This document shows positions 19,032 to 29,384 of a stretch of 64,000 nt of DNA, piece by piece. This DNA comes from Candidatus Brennerbacteria bacterium (GTDB lineage: Bacteria; Patescibacteriota; Minisyncoccia; UBA6257; GWB1-50-10). The stretch lies in NCBI GenBank assembly GCA_016183535.1, contig JACPEK010000002.1, positions 1,382 through 65,381 on the forward strand. Reading direction: 5' to 3'. A program made the translations under genes and the position numbers. The notes under the pieces are model-generated. The model saw nothing but the letters and a program-made list of their open reading frames with translations, made no database searches and was not told the origin of the DNA. Within the stretch, counting starts at the first letter, position 1. Every line of letters starts with the position of its first letter.

Positions 19032-20441
19032 ATGGAACGGACGCTCGCGCGGGATATTCCAGAAAGAGAGGGCAAAGAAGTAACGCTCAAAGGATGGGCG
19101 GACACGCGTCGCGACCACGGTAAACTTGTATTTATTGATCTCCGCGACCGGAGCGGGATCGTGCAGGTGGTGCTCAAAGAGGAAATCACGAACGCGGGAG
19201 AGATACGAGGAGAAGACGTGATCGAGGTACGCGGGATCGTAAAAGCGCGTCCCGCGGGGATGGTGAACGAAAAGTTGCCGCACCGGCTTGGCTACTACGA
19301 GGTGCAGGTCACGTCGTTCACATTCTTGAATCAAATAAGAGGGGAGGGAATCCCCATTCCCATTCAAGGCGACGGGTACGAGGTCAACGAAGAGACGCGA
19401 ATGTTGCTTCGCTATCTCGACCTTCGGCGCGCGCGGCTCCAGAAAAACCTCCGGCACCGAGCAAACATAACGCAATTTATAAGGAATTTTCTTGCGGAGC
19501 GGGATTTTACGGAGATAGAAACGCCGATTCTCACAAAGTCCACGCCCGAGGGCGCGCGTGATTATCTTGTGCCCTCCCGTATTGAAAAAGGGTGGTTTTA
19601 TGCGCTCCCGCAATCACCCCAGCAGTACAAACAGCTTTTGATGGTGGCGGGATTCGAGCGATATTTCCAGATCGCGCGGTGTTTCCGCGACGAGGACACG
19701 CGCGGCGACCGTCAGCCGGAATTTACCCAGCTCGATCTCGAGATGAGTTTTGTGGAGCGCGAGGACGTAATGGCGCTCAACGAAGAAGTTTTGATCGCGA
19801 TCGTGGAGAAGCTTTATCCGGAAAAGAAAATACAAGAAAAGCCGTTCCCGCGTCTCACGTATGCGGAGGCGATGGAAAAATATAGCACCGACCGGCCCGA
19901 CCTCCGGAATGATAAAAACGATCCGAATCTTCTCGCGTTCGCGTGGATCGTGGATTTCCCGTTCTTTGAAAAGACCGACAAAGGCGGGTGGACTTTCACC
20001 CATAATCCATTCTCCGCGCCGAAGGAGGAGTTCATGGAAGATCTTCTCGCGAGGAAAAATATCGGCGACATTCTCACGTCGCAGTACGACGTGATACTGA
20101 ACGGATGGGAGATCGGCGGCGGGAGTATTCGCAATCACACGGCGGAGGGGCTTATCGCGGTTCTCAACATTATCGGCCACAAAGATCCGCAGGGCTTCAA
20201 ACATATGTTTGACGCTCTTGCGCGCGGCGCGCCGCCGCACGGCGGTATCGCGTGGGGCCTCGATCGGTTGGTGATGATCCTTGAGAACGAGCCGAACATC
20301 CGCGAGGTGATCGCGTTTCCAAAAACCGGCGATGGGCGCGATCTTATGATGCGTGCACCTTCGGAGGTTGTGAAGGAACAATTAGATGAGTTAGGGTTGG
20401 AAATAAAAAAAGAGTCCGCAAAAAAGAAAAATGGCAAATAA
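19032..20441 (+). CDS. aspS: Aspartate--tRNA ligase, short (archaeal-like) type without the GAD insertion
   Basis: N-terminal OB fold; class II motifs FRDEDTRGDRQPEFTQLDLEMSF and GGGSIR...GLDRLVM. 469 aa. Confidence 0.88.
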   Translation: MERTLARDIPEREGKEVTLKGWADTRRDHGKLVFIDLRDRSGIVQVVLKEEITNAGEIRGEDVIEVRGIVKARPAGMVNEKLPHRLGYYEVQVTSFTFLNQIRGEGIPIPIQGDGYEVNEETRMLLRYLDLRRARLQKNLRHRANITQFIRNFLAERDFTEIETPILTKSTPEGARDYLVPSRIEKGWFYALPQSPQQYKQLLMVAGFERYFQIARCFRDEDTRGDRQPEFTQLDLEMSFVEREDVMALNEEVLIAIVEKLYPEKKIQEKPFPRLTYAEAMEKYSTDRPDLRNDKNDPNLLAFAWIVDFPFFEKTDKGGWTFTHNPFSAPKEEFMEDLLARKNIGDILTSQYDVILNGWEIGGGSIRNHTAEGLIAVLNIIGHKDPQGFKHMFDALARGAPPHGGIAWGLDRLVMILENEPNIREVIAFPKTGDGRDLMMRAPSEVVKEQLDELGLEIKKESAKKKNGK

Positions 20442-21006
20442 AAAAGAACGCACGCTTGTGATCGTAAAACCGGACGGCGTCCAGCGCGGATTAATCGGTG
20501 AAGTCGTGGGGCGTTATGAACGCACCGGCTTAAAACTTGTGGGGCTCAAAATGATGACCGCGGATGAATCGCTCGCGGAGCGACATTATCTTCTGGACCC
20601 AGATTGGAAACGGAAGTCAGGACAGAAAACCATTGATTCCTACCAAAAGAAGGGGCTCACGCCTCCTTCTAAAAATCCTTTGGAAGTGGGAGAGATTACA
20701 CTCGCGAAATTAAGAAAATTTATGACGTCGGGACCCGTTGTTGCCATGGTGTGGCAAGGGATGCACGCGGTAGGGGTGGTCCGGAAGATCACCGGAGGGA
20801 CGGAACCTCTCACTTCGGACGTGGGGACCATCCGCGGAGACTTCACCATTGATTCCTATGAGGTTTCGGATGAGGATAACCGCGCCACGCGGAACATCGT
20901 GCATGCCTCGGGGTCTGCGGAAGAGGCGGAAGCCGAGATTGTGCTGTGGTTCAGACCTGAAGAGATCTTGAATTACCGGCTCGTAGGCGACGCTATTCTC
21001 TATTAG
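20431..21006 (+). CDS. ndk: Nucleoside diphosphate kinase (with an insertion)
   Basis: ERTLVIVKPDGVQRGLIGEV, active-site NIVHASGS. Confidence 0.85.
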   Translation: MANKKERTLVIVKPDGVQRGLIGEVVGRYERTGLKLVGLKMMTADESLAERHYLLDPDWKRKSGQKTIDSYQKKGLTPPSKNPLEVGEITLAKLRKFMTSGPVVAMVWQGMHAVGVVRKITGGTEPLTSDVGTIRGDFTIDSYEVSDEDNRATRNIVHASGSAEEAEAEIVLWFRPEEILNYRLVGDAILY

Positions 21007-21063
21007 AGGCGAGGTCAAATACTTATCCACTTTCACGGGTTGTGGTGGGGGTATAATAGGGAT

Positions 21064-21228
21064 AGGAAGTCCTGCTTTTAGATTCCGGATCAAATTAATT
21101 TGAAAAGGGATTCTTAATCGTTCCGGTTCGTGAATCGGAATTGCGGAAACCCACGTAGGTCAGACGCCGGGAATCATGAGGCAGAACTTCCGATCAAAAA
21201 CCACCTCGCGCGAGGTGGTTTTTGATTT
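21064..21228 (+). ncRNA. Putative ~165-nt structured ncRNA of unknown class
   Basis: TATAAT at 21052-21057. 5-prime GGAAGTCCTGC (21068-78) pairs with 3-prime GCAGAACTTCC (21187-97), closing a multi-hairpin body (TCAAATT/AATTTGA, TTCCG...CGGAA). It ends in the CCACCTCGCGCGAGGTGG + T-tract terminator. No CDS is present. Confidence 0.35.
21195..21228. terminator. Bidirectional intrinsic terminator
   Basis: An A5 run, an 18-nt perfect hairpin CCACCTCGCGCGAGGTGG (21200-21217), then TTTTTGATTTT. It can serve the + strand ncRNA and the - strand tRNA-Pro. Confidence 0.7.
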
Positions 21229-21280
21229 TCTGTCGGCACCTTCACACTCTCGTGTTCAACGCCTCCTTCACTTCGTTCAG

Positions 21281-21351
21281 TCGGGGAGCCGGGAATCGGA
21301 CCCGGGCTACAAGACCCCCAGCCTTGCGTACTGCCACTATACGACTCCCCG
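21281..21351 (-). tRNA. tRNA-Pro (anticodon GGG)
   Basis: The reverse complement folds with a C1:G72 acceptor CGGGGAG/CTCCCCG, anticodon loop CTGGGGG and T-arm CCGGG-TCCGATT-CCCGG. Confidence 0.7.
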
Positions 21352-21584
21352 TCTATCCAAGAGTGGATTTGCAACTCTATTTATTTCTTTGCTCCCGCTC
21401 CCTTCCGGGTGAGCGTTTTGATGCAATTTGTGCAGAGTAGTTTCCGCGTGCCGCCCATCACGCGACTCCACTGGAGGTTCGCTTTCTCCCCCCCATGATG
21501 AAAGATTTTTTACAGCGCGCGCAGGCTCTCATGACCTAGTAATTAGTAATTGGTAATTTTGAATCGGTCAAGTATGATGATGGC

Positions 21585-22202
21585 ATGGAAGTTGTTTTTT
21601 CCGTCATCGTGCTCATCTTCTCGGTGGTGATCCACGAGGTGTCGCACGGAGCAATCGCGGAACGTTTAGGTGATCCGACCGCGCGACTCGCGGGGCGGCT
21701 TACCTTGAATCCGCTCAAGCATCTTGATCTTTTCGGTTCGGTGATACTCCCCTTGATGCTCTCGCTTCTGCCGGGCGGGGTTGTCTTTGGATGGGCGAAG
21801 CCGGTGCCGTACGATCCGCGGAACCTCAAGCGTCCGGTGCGCGATGGCGCGCTGGTTGCCGCGGCGGGGCCGGTCTCGAATCTTCTCCTCGCACTCGTGT
21901 TCGGACTTCTCTTCCGATTTTTCTCTTCCGGTGAAGGGATGAATGCGGTGGGTGAACTTTTCCCGTCACTCATCGCGCAGGTGGTGGTGGTGAACGTATG
22001 GCTCGCGATTTTCAATCTTATGCCCATTCCACCCCTCGACGGCTCAAAGGTGCTTTTTTGGCTTTTGCCGCAGAGTGCGTACGAACTGCGCGCGTTCCTT
22101 GAACGCTATGGGTTCTTTGTCTTGCTCTTTTTTATATTTTTCGGCATCGAGATCATCATCCCGATTATTCGAGCCGTCGCGGGGTTCTTTCTCGGCGTTT
22201 GA
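21585..22202 (+). CDS. Site-2 protease family (M50) zinc metallopeptidase
   Basis: HEVSHG zinc motif inside TM1, multi-TM, LDGSKV motif. 205 aa. Confidence 0.8.
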   Translation: MEVVFSVIVLIFSVVIHEVSHGAIAERLGDPTARLAGRLTLNPLKHLDLFGSVILPLMLSLLPGGVVFGWAKPVPYDPRNLKRPVRDGALVAAAGPVSNLLLALVFGLLFRFFSSGEGMNAVGELFPSLIAQVVVVNVWLAIFNLMPIPPLDGSKVLFWLLPQSAYELRAFLERYGFFVLLFFIFFGIEIIIPIIRAVAGFFLGV

Positions 22203-22259
22203 TTGACTCTCCCGCGCTTCCTTGGTACACTCTTGTCGCGTGCAGGCACGCATTTTTTA

Positions 22260-22679
22260 ATGCCTACCGTAAACCAACTTATCAAGCGAGGTCGCGCGAG
22301 AACTGCGGGGAAGGACAAAACCCCCGGGCTCGGTTTTTATTTCAATTATCTGAAGAATCGGCCGGTGAATTCGCCGTCGCCCTTCAAGCGGGGCGTGTGT
22401 GTGAAGGTATTCACCACGACGCCGAAGAAACCGAACTCGGCCTTGCGGAAAGTCGCGCGCGTCCGCCTTACGAATGGTATGGAGGTAACTGCCTATATTC
22501 CAGGGGAGGGACATAACCTACAGGAGCATTCGGTGGTCGTAATTCGCGGAGGCCGCGTGAAGGATTTGCCCGGTGTGCGGGATCATATTGTCCGCGGTGT
22601 TCTCGACACGGGCGGTGTCCAGAATCGGAAACAGCAGAGGTCGAAGTACGGCGCAAAAACGCCCAAGGAGGTCAAGTAG
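22260..22679 (+). CDS. rpsL: 30S ribosomal protein S12 (with a ~20-aa internal insertion)
   Basis: [12 protein letters not shown]...[39 protein letters not shown]...[12 protein letters not shown]. Confidence 0.93.
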   Translation: MPTVNQLIKRGRARTAGKDKTPGLGFYFNYLKNRPVNSPSPFKRGVCVKVFTTTPKKPNSALRKVARVRLTNGMEVTAYIPGEGHNLQEHSVVVIRGGRVKDLPGVRDHIVRGVLDTGGVQNRKQQRSKYGAKTPKEVK

Positions 22680-22682
22680 GGT

Positions 22683-23153
22683 ATGAGACGAAAAAATTTC
22701 AAGCGTCCCGCGCGCACCGCCGATCCTGAATACAACAGGCTCGACATCGGCCGTTTTGTAAACTACCTCATGAAAGACGGGGAAAAATCTGTTGCGGAGA
22801 AACTGATGCGCGGAACGTTCGCGAAGGTGCAAGAAACAGCGAAGGAGGATCCCGTAAAAGTCTTTGAACGCGCGCTCGAGAACGCCACCCCCCTCGTTGA
22901 GGTGGTGTCGCGGCGCGTGGGAGGCGCGAATTATCAAATTCCGCAGGAGGTGCGTCCCGAGCGGAAGTTTTATCTCGCAACCCGATGGATCATCGCGGCG
23001 GCGCGCGGGAAGAAAGGGAAGCCGATGGCGGAGCGACTCGCCGAAGAACTTATCCTTGCCGCGAAGAACGAAGGGAGCGCGATTAAAAAGAAACAGGACA
23101 TGCATCGTATGGCGGAAGCGAACAGAGCGTTCGCTTCGCTCCTGCGAAGATAG
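22683..23153 (+). CDS. rpsG: 30S ribosomal protein S7
   Basis: 156 aa, S7 signature; position in the str operon. Confidence 0.92.
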   Translation: MRRKNFKRPARTADPEYNRLDIGRFVNYLMKDGEKSVAEKLMRGTFAKVQETAKEDPVKVFERALENATPLVEVVSRRVGGANYQIPQEVRPERKFYLATRWIIAAARGKKGKPMAERLAEELILAAKNEGSAIKKKQDMHRMAEANRAFASLLRR

Positions 23154-23252
23154 CGGTATGCATAGCAATTGTTTCGCAGGAAAATTTTACAGGTCGTGCG
23201 TTCGCCTCTCGGCGGGCGGATTTGATTCGTTTTGGCGACGGTAATCCGTTAT

Positions 23253-25391
23253 ATGCCACGACTATATCCAATCGAAAGAGTCCGCGATATAGGAATTATC
23301 GCTCACATTGACGCGGGGAAAACCACCGTGTCCGAGCGGGTGCTTTTTTATACCGGCGTCTCGCACAAGATCGGCGAGGTGCACGAAGGCGACACCGTGA
23401 TGGACTGGATGGAGCAGGAGCGTGAGCGCGGGATTACCATCACCTCTGCGGCCACCACTTGTTTCTGGACCCCGACTTATGTAGTGGGCGATCCCTCGAC
23501 GAGCTCGGTACAAGTAAATCATAAGGAACGGGAGCACCGCATCAACCTTATCGACACGCCGGGCCACATCGACTTCACGGTCGAGGTGAAGCGGTCGCTT
23601 CGCGTGCTGGACGGCGCGGTGGTGGTATTCGACGGCGTGGCGGGCGTGGAACCGCAGTCCGAAACCAACTGGCGCTATGCGGATGAGTACCATGTGCCAC
23701 GCGTCTGTTTTATTAATAAACTCGATCGGATGGGCGCAAATTTCGAGCATGACATCCAATCTATCCGCGAGCGGCTCACCACAAATCTTGCGATCCTTCA
23801 GCTTCCCATTGGCATCGAAGGAACGTTCGAGGGGGTGGTGGATTTGCTTACGCGCACCGCATACCGTTTCGAAGGAGAGCGGGGCGAGCGGATCGTAAAA
23901 GGAGAAATTCCCGCAGATATGAAAGAATCGGTGGAGCGGTATCGCCACGAGCTCATCGAAAAAATAGCGGAGACCGACGACGCGCTTCTCCACGAATATT
24001 TGGAAGGAAAGGAACCCTCTCTCGAAGCGCTCAAGAAAGCGCTTCGAGCCGCAACCTTGAAGGTACGCTTGGTGCCGATTCTTTGCGGCTCGGCGCTCAA
24101 GAACAAGGGCGTCCAGCTTGTCTTGGACGCTGTGGTGGATTACCTCCCGTCTCCCGTTGATCTTCCGCCGGTCAAAGGAACACATCCTGATACGCATGCT
24201 GAAGAAACGCGCATGCCGTCCGACGATGAACCGTTCGCGGCCTTAGCGTTCAAGATCGCCGCGGATCCGTTCGTGGGGTCCTTGACCTATTTCCGCGTTT
24301 ATTCGGGCATCATGAAACGGGGAAGCTACATTTTGAACGCGACGAAGGGATCGCAGGAACGGGTGGGGCGCATCATGCGGATGCACGCGAACCATCGCGA
24401 AGAGGTGGAAGAGATTTATGCGGGAGATATTGGCGCCATTGTGGGGCTCAAGAACACCACGACGGGGGACAGTTTGGTGGATCCCGCGAAACCCATCGCG
24501 CTCGAGCGCATCACGTTCCCCGAGCCGGTTATCACTATTCGTATCGAGCCGAAAACGAAAGCCGACCAGGAGAAGATGGGTGTTGCGCTCCGGCGTCTCG
24601 CCGAGGAGGATCCCACGTTCCGCGTGTCGGGCGACGCGGAAACGGGCGAGACTCTCATTGCGGGCATGGGTGAACTGCATCTCGAGATCATCGTGGATCG
24701 CATGAAGCGCGAGTTCAATGTGGAAGCGAATGTAGGGCGTCCGCAGGTGGCGTACAAGGAAACCATCAAGGGGAAAGCCGATGCGGAAGGCAAATATATT
24801 CGCCAGTCGGGTGGTCGCGGTCAGTACGGTCATGTGAAGATCAGAGTGGAACCTATGGAACGCGGGAAGGGGTATGAGTTTGTGGACGAGATCAAGGGCG
24901 GCGCGATTCCGCATGAATTCATCGCGCCCGTAGAGAAAGGTTTGGAGGAGGCTACCGGGAAGGGTGTGCTTGCGGGGTACCCGATGACGGACTTGAAAGT
25001 GACGCTCTACGACGGGTCGTACCATGACGTTGATTCTTCGGAATTTGCTTTCAAAATCGCGGCTTCGATGGCGCTCCAAGAAGCCACTAAAAAGGCAAAG
25101 CTCGTGCTGCTTGAGCCGGTGATGAAGGTGCAGGTTATCGCGCCCGACCAGTTTTTGGGAGACGTGACAGGTGATCTCTCCTCGCGGCGCGCGAAGATTA
25201 CCGCAATGGGAGAGCGTGGCATGGCGCGTGTAGTGGACGCGGACGTGCCATTAGCCGAGATGTTCGGCTATGTGACAAATTTGCGTTCAATGACGCAGGG
25301 ACGCGGATCGTTCACGATGGAATTTAGTCATTATGACGAAGTTCCCGGAAACGTTGCCCAGCAGGTAATCGAAGGAAGAATCAAGAAGTAG
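23253..25391 (+). CDS. fusA: Elongation factor G
   Basis: G1 [10 protein letters not shown]3 DTPGH, domains II-V (GELHLEI, EPVMKV). Start set at MPRLYP (23253); the ORF track begins at 23232. Confidence 0.93.
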   Translation: MPRLYPIERVRDIGIIAHIDAGKTTVSERVLFYTGVSHKIGEVHEGDTVMDWMEQERERGITITSAATTCFWTPTYVVGDPSTSSVQVNHKEREHRINLIDTPGHIDFTVEVKRSLRVLDGAVVVFDGVAGVEPQSETNWRYADEYHVPRVCFINKLDRMGANFEHDIQSIRERLTTNLAILQLPIGIEGTFEGVVDLLTRTAYRFEGERGERIVKGEIPADMKESVERYRHELIEKIAETDDALLHEYLEGKEPSLEALKKALRAATLKVRLVPILCGSALKNKGVQLVLDAVVDYLPSPVDLPPVKGTHPDTHAEETRMPSDDEPFAALAFKIAADPFVGSLTYFRVYSGIMKRGSYILNATKGSQERVGRIMRMHANHREEVEEIYAGDIGAIVGLKNTTTGDSLVDPAKPIALERITFPEPVITIRIEPKTKADQEKMGVALRRLAEEDPTFRVSGDAETGETLIAGMGELHLEIIVDRMKREFNVEANVGRPQVAYKETIKGKADAEGKYIRQSGGRGQYGHVKIRVEPMERGKGYEFVDEIKGGAIPHEFIAPVEKGLEEATGKGVLAGYPMTDLKVTLYDGSYHDVDSSEFAFKIAASMALQEATKKAKLVLLEPVMKVQVIAPDQFLGDVTGDLSSRRAKITAMGERGMARVVDADVPLAEMFGYVTNLRSMTQGRGSFTMEFSHYDEVPGNVAQQVIEGRIKK

Positions 25392-25513
25392 GGAATAAAC
25401 TCCATCGCGTATCATGTTCAGGGAATGCCGGCGCAGGAAGCGCGCCGGCGCTTTGTTATTGACGGGCGGCGCAGAGATGTTATTTTTCTTCTTAGTAATT
25501 TTGGGAGGTTTTC

Positions 25514-25900
25514 ATGGAAGATCAACTTGCGCGCATGCATTATCTGCGCGCCTTGCACCGCGCGAAGACCGCGGCGCGTATTTTGGAACTTCTCGCGCAA
25601 GGGAACGCGCTCAAGCGTTTCGAGGCGTGGGATTGCGGCGGAAAGAACGGAGCCGCAATAAAAAACCGCGTGGCGACGGTATTCGAAACGTCCCGCACGC
25701 GCGTGTTCATTAGGCTGGCTCATGCGACCTCGTTACGGCGAATTTCCATCACGCTCCGTTGCGTGGGAACGGGTACGCGCCGCATCCGCTGGAGGAAAAT
25801 CCACAAACTCTCCTCTCGTAACGTATTTTTTTGGAACGCTTCCGTGGACTTTTTCACGAAGGTGTATGCGGAGGCGGTCCGGAGCCATTTCAGTTGTTGA
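25514..25900 (+). CDS. Hypothetical small protein encoded in the fusA-tuf spacer
   Basis: GGGAGG Shine-Dalgarno 7 nt upstream of the ATG. 128 aa, basic, no recognisable domain. An intrinsic terminator follows immediately. Confidence 0.3.
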   Translation: MEDQLARMHYLRALHRAKTAARILELLAQGNALKRFEAWDCGGKNGAAIKNRVATVFETSRTRVFIRLAHATSLRRISITLRCVGTGTRRIRWRKIHKLSSRNVFFWNASVDFFTKVYAEAVRSHFSC

Positions 25901-25903
25901 GTT

Positions 25904-25934
25904 GCGCCATCCCGAAAAAGGGATGGCGTTTTTT
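25904..25934 (+). terminator. Rho-independent terminator
   Basis: GCGCCATCCC-GAAAAA-GGGATGGCG followed by TTTTTTG. Confidence 0.7.
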
Positions 25935-26089
25935 GAATGGGGTTGACAGTTTTTCGCGGATACGCGAGTATGGAGTGGCCAACGCAAACGTTCCCCTTTA
26001 CAGTCGAAAAGGGAGTGAATATGAATCAGTTGTTAGCGATTAGTTTGAGGGGTTGAAAACTAAAAGCTAAAAACGAGAAACTAATTTTT

Positions 26090-27289
26090 ATGGCAGAGAA
26101 AGCGAAGTTTGAACGGACGAAGCCTCACGTGAATGTGGGGACCATCGGGCACGTCGACCACGGCAAGACCACCTTGACGGCGGCGATGACGCACGTGCTC
26201 TTTATGAAAGGTCTGACGAAGAAGGAGGAGAAGGTAGACATGATCGACAACGCGCCCGAAGAAAAGGCGCGCGGCATCACGATCGCCCTCCACCACTCCG
26301 AGTATGAATCCGAGAAGCGTCACTATGCGCACGTGGATGCGCCCGGTCACGCGGACTACATCAAGAACATGATCACGGGCGCCGCGCAGATGGACGGCGC
26401 GATTCTCGTGGTTTCGGCCGCGGACGGCCCTATGCCGCAGACGCGCGAACACATTCTTTTGGCGCGTCAGGTTGGCGTGCCGGCCATCGTGGTGTTTCTC
26501 AATAAAGTTGACATGGTGGACGACAAGGAGCTTGTTGACCTCGTGGAATCCGAGGTGCGGGAACTCTTGAAAAAATATCAGTTTCCGGGCGACACGACCC
26601 CGGTGATCCGGGGATCAGCCTTAAAGGCGCTCGAATCAAATTCGGCGGACTCGGAAGAGGCAAAGCCGATCTTGGAACTCGTGAAAGCAATCGATGAGTT
26701 CATTCCCGAGCCGGTTCGCGACAAAGATAAGCCGTTCCTCATGCCGATCGAAGATATTTTCTCCATCGAGGGCCGCGGTACCGTCTGCACGGGCCGCGTC
26801 GAGCGGGGGATTTTGAAGGTGAACGACGAGATGGAAATTATCGGTCTCAAGCCGACCCAGAAAACAGTAGTGACGGGCGTCGAGATGTTCCAAAAGACTT
26901 TGGATGAAGCGCAGGCGGGCGACAACGTGGGTATTCTCCTCCGTGGATTGAAGAAGGAAGATGTGGAGCGCGGGCAGGTTATCGCAAAACCGGGATCGGT
27001 CACGCCCCACACGGAGTTCGAAGCGGAGGTATATGTACTCTCGAAGGAAGAGGGCGGCCGACACACACCGTTCTTCAAGGGTTACAAGCCGCAGTTCTAC
27101 ATTCGCACGACTGACGTGACAGGCGAGGTGATTCTTCCCGCGGGTGTCGAGATGGTGATGCCGGGCGATACCGTGTCAATCACCGTGAAACTTATCGCGC
27201 CCGTCGCGCTCGAGGAAAAGCAGCGTTTTGCGATCCGCGAGGGAGGCAAGACGGTGGGTGCGGGTGCGGTGACGAAGATTCTTAAATAA
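26090..27289 (+). CDS. tuf: Elongation factor Tu
   Basis: [28 protein letters not shown]. 399 aa. Confidence 0.97.
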   Translation: MAEKAKFERTKPHVNVGTIGHVDHGKTTLTAAMTHVLFMKGLTKKEEKVDMIDNAPEEKARGITIALHHSEYESEKRHYAHVDAPGHADYIKNMITGAAQMDGAILVVSAADGPMPQTREHILLARQVGVPAIVVFLNKVDMVDDKELVDLVESEVRELLKKYQFPGDTTPVIRGSALKALESNSADSEEAKPILELVKAIDEFIPEPVRDKDKPFLMPIEDIFSIEGRGTVCTGRVERGILKVNDEMEIIGLKPTQKTVVTGVEMFQKTLDEAQAGDNVGILLRGLKKEDVERGQVIAKPGSVTPHTEFEAEVYVLSKEEGGRHTPFFKGYKPQFYIRTTDVTGEVILPAGVEMVMPGDTVSITVKLIAPVALEEKQRFAIREGGKTVGAGAVTKILK

Positions 27290-27348
27290 ACACTAACGTC
27301 GCGAACCGTTCGTGATATTCGTGGGGTTGTTCGTGAACATTCACGGTA

Positions 27349-27681
27349 ATGAAAAAGAAAGAAGCTGAAGTTCATAAGGAACGCATCCGCCTTCGGGTGA
27401 AATCTTACGACGCGAAGCTCATCGACAATTCGGTGCGCCAAATCATCGAGGCTATTCGGCGGCAGGGAGGCGAAGTGATTGGGCCCACGCCGCTCCCCAC
27501 CGAATTTAAGAAGTACACCGTGAACCGCTCGACTTTCGTGCACAAGAAATCGCGCGAAGCTTTCGAACTGCGGGTCCATAAGCGTATTCTTGACATTCTG
27601 AATCCCGATCCAAAAACGGTTGAATCACTCTCCGATCTTAATTTACCTGCCGGGGTGGATGTTGAGATTAAAATGAGTTGA
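27349..27681 (+). CDS. rpsJ: 30S ribosomal protein S10
   Basis: IRLRVKSYDAKLID...GPTPLPT...VHKKSREAFELRVHKRILDI. Confidence 0.93.
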   Translation: MKKKEAEVHKERIRLRVKSYDAKLIDNSVRQIIEAIRRQGGEVIGPTPLPTEFKKYTVNRSTFVHKKSREAFELRVHKRILDILNPDPKTVESLSDLNLPAGVDVEIKMS

Positions 27682-27879
27682 TCGTTTTGCGACATTGTTC
27701 TGAACAACTCCGACCTTAGGTTGGAGTCGTTCTTTTTTGAGAAGTAGGGCTTGACGGTATCACCTCTTTCGGATAGGATAATGAGGCTTTAGGAGGCACT
27801 CGTGAAACATCGAAACCACCCGCCTGAAGCGCGGGTATTTTTATTCGGTTCGGGAAATTTCGCGAGCCGGGGTGGAAGT

Positions 27880-28317
27880 ATGGTAAAAATAGCGGCTACC
27901 AAAGTGAACATGACGACGATTTGGAAAAGCGACGAGGCAATACCCGTCACGGCTCTTATGATTTCCGCGACGGTCGCACCGGAGACCTGGGATGATCTTC
28001 AAGAAGGGAAGCGGATCGCGGTCGCGGGTACGAGCAAGGGTAAGGGATTTCAGGGCGTCGTGAAGCGTCACGGGTTCCACGGCGGGCCGAAGAGCCACGG
28101 TCAAAAAGACCGACTTCGCGCGCCCGGTTCTTTGGGCCCCACCGCGCCACAGCGCGTTCTTCCCGGGCGTAAAATGGCCGGGCACATGGGAAACGCGCGA
28201 GTGACGACGAAGAATCTCTCCATTGTTGAGAGTAAGAAAGACGCTCGTCTTCTTTTTGTGCGGGGCGCGGTGCCGGGTCCGCGGGGAGGAAAGGTGGAAA
28301 TCAAGATAGTGCAATAG
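27880..28317 (+). CDS. rplC: 50S ribosomal protein L3
   Basis: [12 protein letters not shown]...[17 protein letters not shown]. An alternative GTG start at 27802 with an AGGAGG RBS would add a 26-aa extension. Confidence 0.9.
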   Translation: MVKIAATKVNMTTIWKSDEAIPVTALMISATVAPETWDDLQEGKRIAVAGTSKGKGFQGVVKRHGFHGGPKSHGQKDRLRAPGSLGPTAPQRVLPGRKMAGHMGNARVTTKNLSIVESKKDARLLFVRGAVPGPRGGKVEIKIVQ

Positions 28318-28324
28318 TCACGGT

Positions 28325-28954
28325 ATGACGACAACGGCGGACATATTCAATCAAGCGCATGAGAAAGTGGGAACGGTGGAACTCCCCGCCGGCCTCTTTG
28401 GCGCACGGTGGGCCCCACGTACGGTGCACCAGGTGGTGACGGCGTTTATGGCAAACCAGCGCAACGTAGTCGCGCACGCGAAGGGGCGGAGCGAAGTCGC
28501 GGGCGGAGGAAAGAAACCGTGGAAACAGAAGCACACCGGTCGCGCGCGGCACGGATCCCGCCGGTCTCCATTGTGGCGGGGTGGGGGCGTCACCCATGGG
28601 CCTCTTACGTCGCGCGATTTTTCAAAAAAAGTGAACGGTGGCATGAAGCGCGCGGCGCTTCGTGCCGTACTTTCGAAAAAAATGAAGGACGGGGAGATAA
28701 TGATACTCGATACGCTCGCCTTGCCGGCGGCGAAGACTAAAACAGTCGCAGGGCTCATAAGGAATTTCGGTGCAAACTCCACGCTTTTCGTTTCCGCAAA
28801 ACCCGCCCCGGCGCTCGCGCGCGCCAGCCGGAACATCGGGAAAGTTGATGCGATAAGTGCCGCCGATCTGCACGCCTATGTGTGTGTGGCGCACCGTACG
28901 CTTCTTGTCGAAAAACATGCATTGGAAGTCTTAAAAAAGCGTTTGGGAAAATAA
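28325..28954 (+). CDS. rplD: 50S ribosomal protein L4
   Basis: GGGKKPWKQKHTGRARHGSRRSPLWRGGGVTHGP. Confidence 0.93.
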   Translation: MTTTADIFNQAHEKVGTVELPAGLFGARWAPRTVHQVVTAFMANQRNVVAHAKGRSEVAGGGKKPWKQKHTGRARHGSRRSPLWRGGGVTHGPLTSRDFSKKVNGGMKRAALRAVLSKKMKDGEIMILDTLALPAAKTKTVAGLIRNFGANSTLFVSAKPAPALARASRNIGKVDAISAADLHAYVCVAHRTLLVEKHALEVLKKRLGK

Positions 28955-28969
28955 AAATTTTAGAAAAGT

Positions 28970-29383
28970 ATGGGAATTTTTTCCAAGAAAACAAAAAAAG
29001 ATGAAGCTCGTCCCGTTCAGGGTCGCGCGCGCGATTCCGTTGCACACGCCTCCGGGACCGCTTCCGCGCCCGCCCGCCGAAACGTCGGCACGGGCGGCGC
29101 TCCTTTGAGCGAAATGCGTCGTGTGTTGGTTCGCCCGCGCGCGAGTGAAAAAAGCACGCGGCTTGAAGGAAAGAATGTCTACGTGTTCGTGGTGCGTGAC
29201 GAGGCGAACAAGCGGTCGGTAAGAGAAGAAGTGGAGCGCCGGTATGGCGTGAGAGTGACGCGTGTGAACATTGTGCGGCGCCGCGCGGCGCGCCGATTTT
29301 TCCACGGGCGGACTCACGAAGGAATTATTACGAAGAAAGCGTTGGTGACCCTCGTGAAGGGTGCCGTCATTAATCTTAAATAA
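28970..29383 (+). CDS. rplW: 50S ribosomal protein L23 with a ~45-aa N-terminal extension
   Basis: L23 core VLVRPRASEKSTRLEGKNVYVFVVRDEANKRSV. Confidence 0.85.
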   Translation: MGIFSKKTKKDEARPVQGRARDSVAHASGTASAPARRNVGTGGAPLSEMRRVLVRPRASEKSTRLEGKNVYVFVVRDEANKRSVREEVERRYGVRVTRVNIVRRRAARRFFHGRTHEGIITKKALVTLVKGAVINLK

Positions 29384-29384
29384 T

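Noticed and set aside
21064-21228. Calling the orphan transcript RNase P RNA or SRP RNA outright
   Set aside because: It has only short motif resemblances (GGAAGUCC, CAGAAC) and its length (~165 nt) is wrong for RNase P. It is kept as an ncRNA of unknown class.
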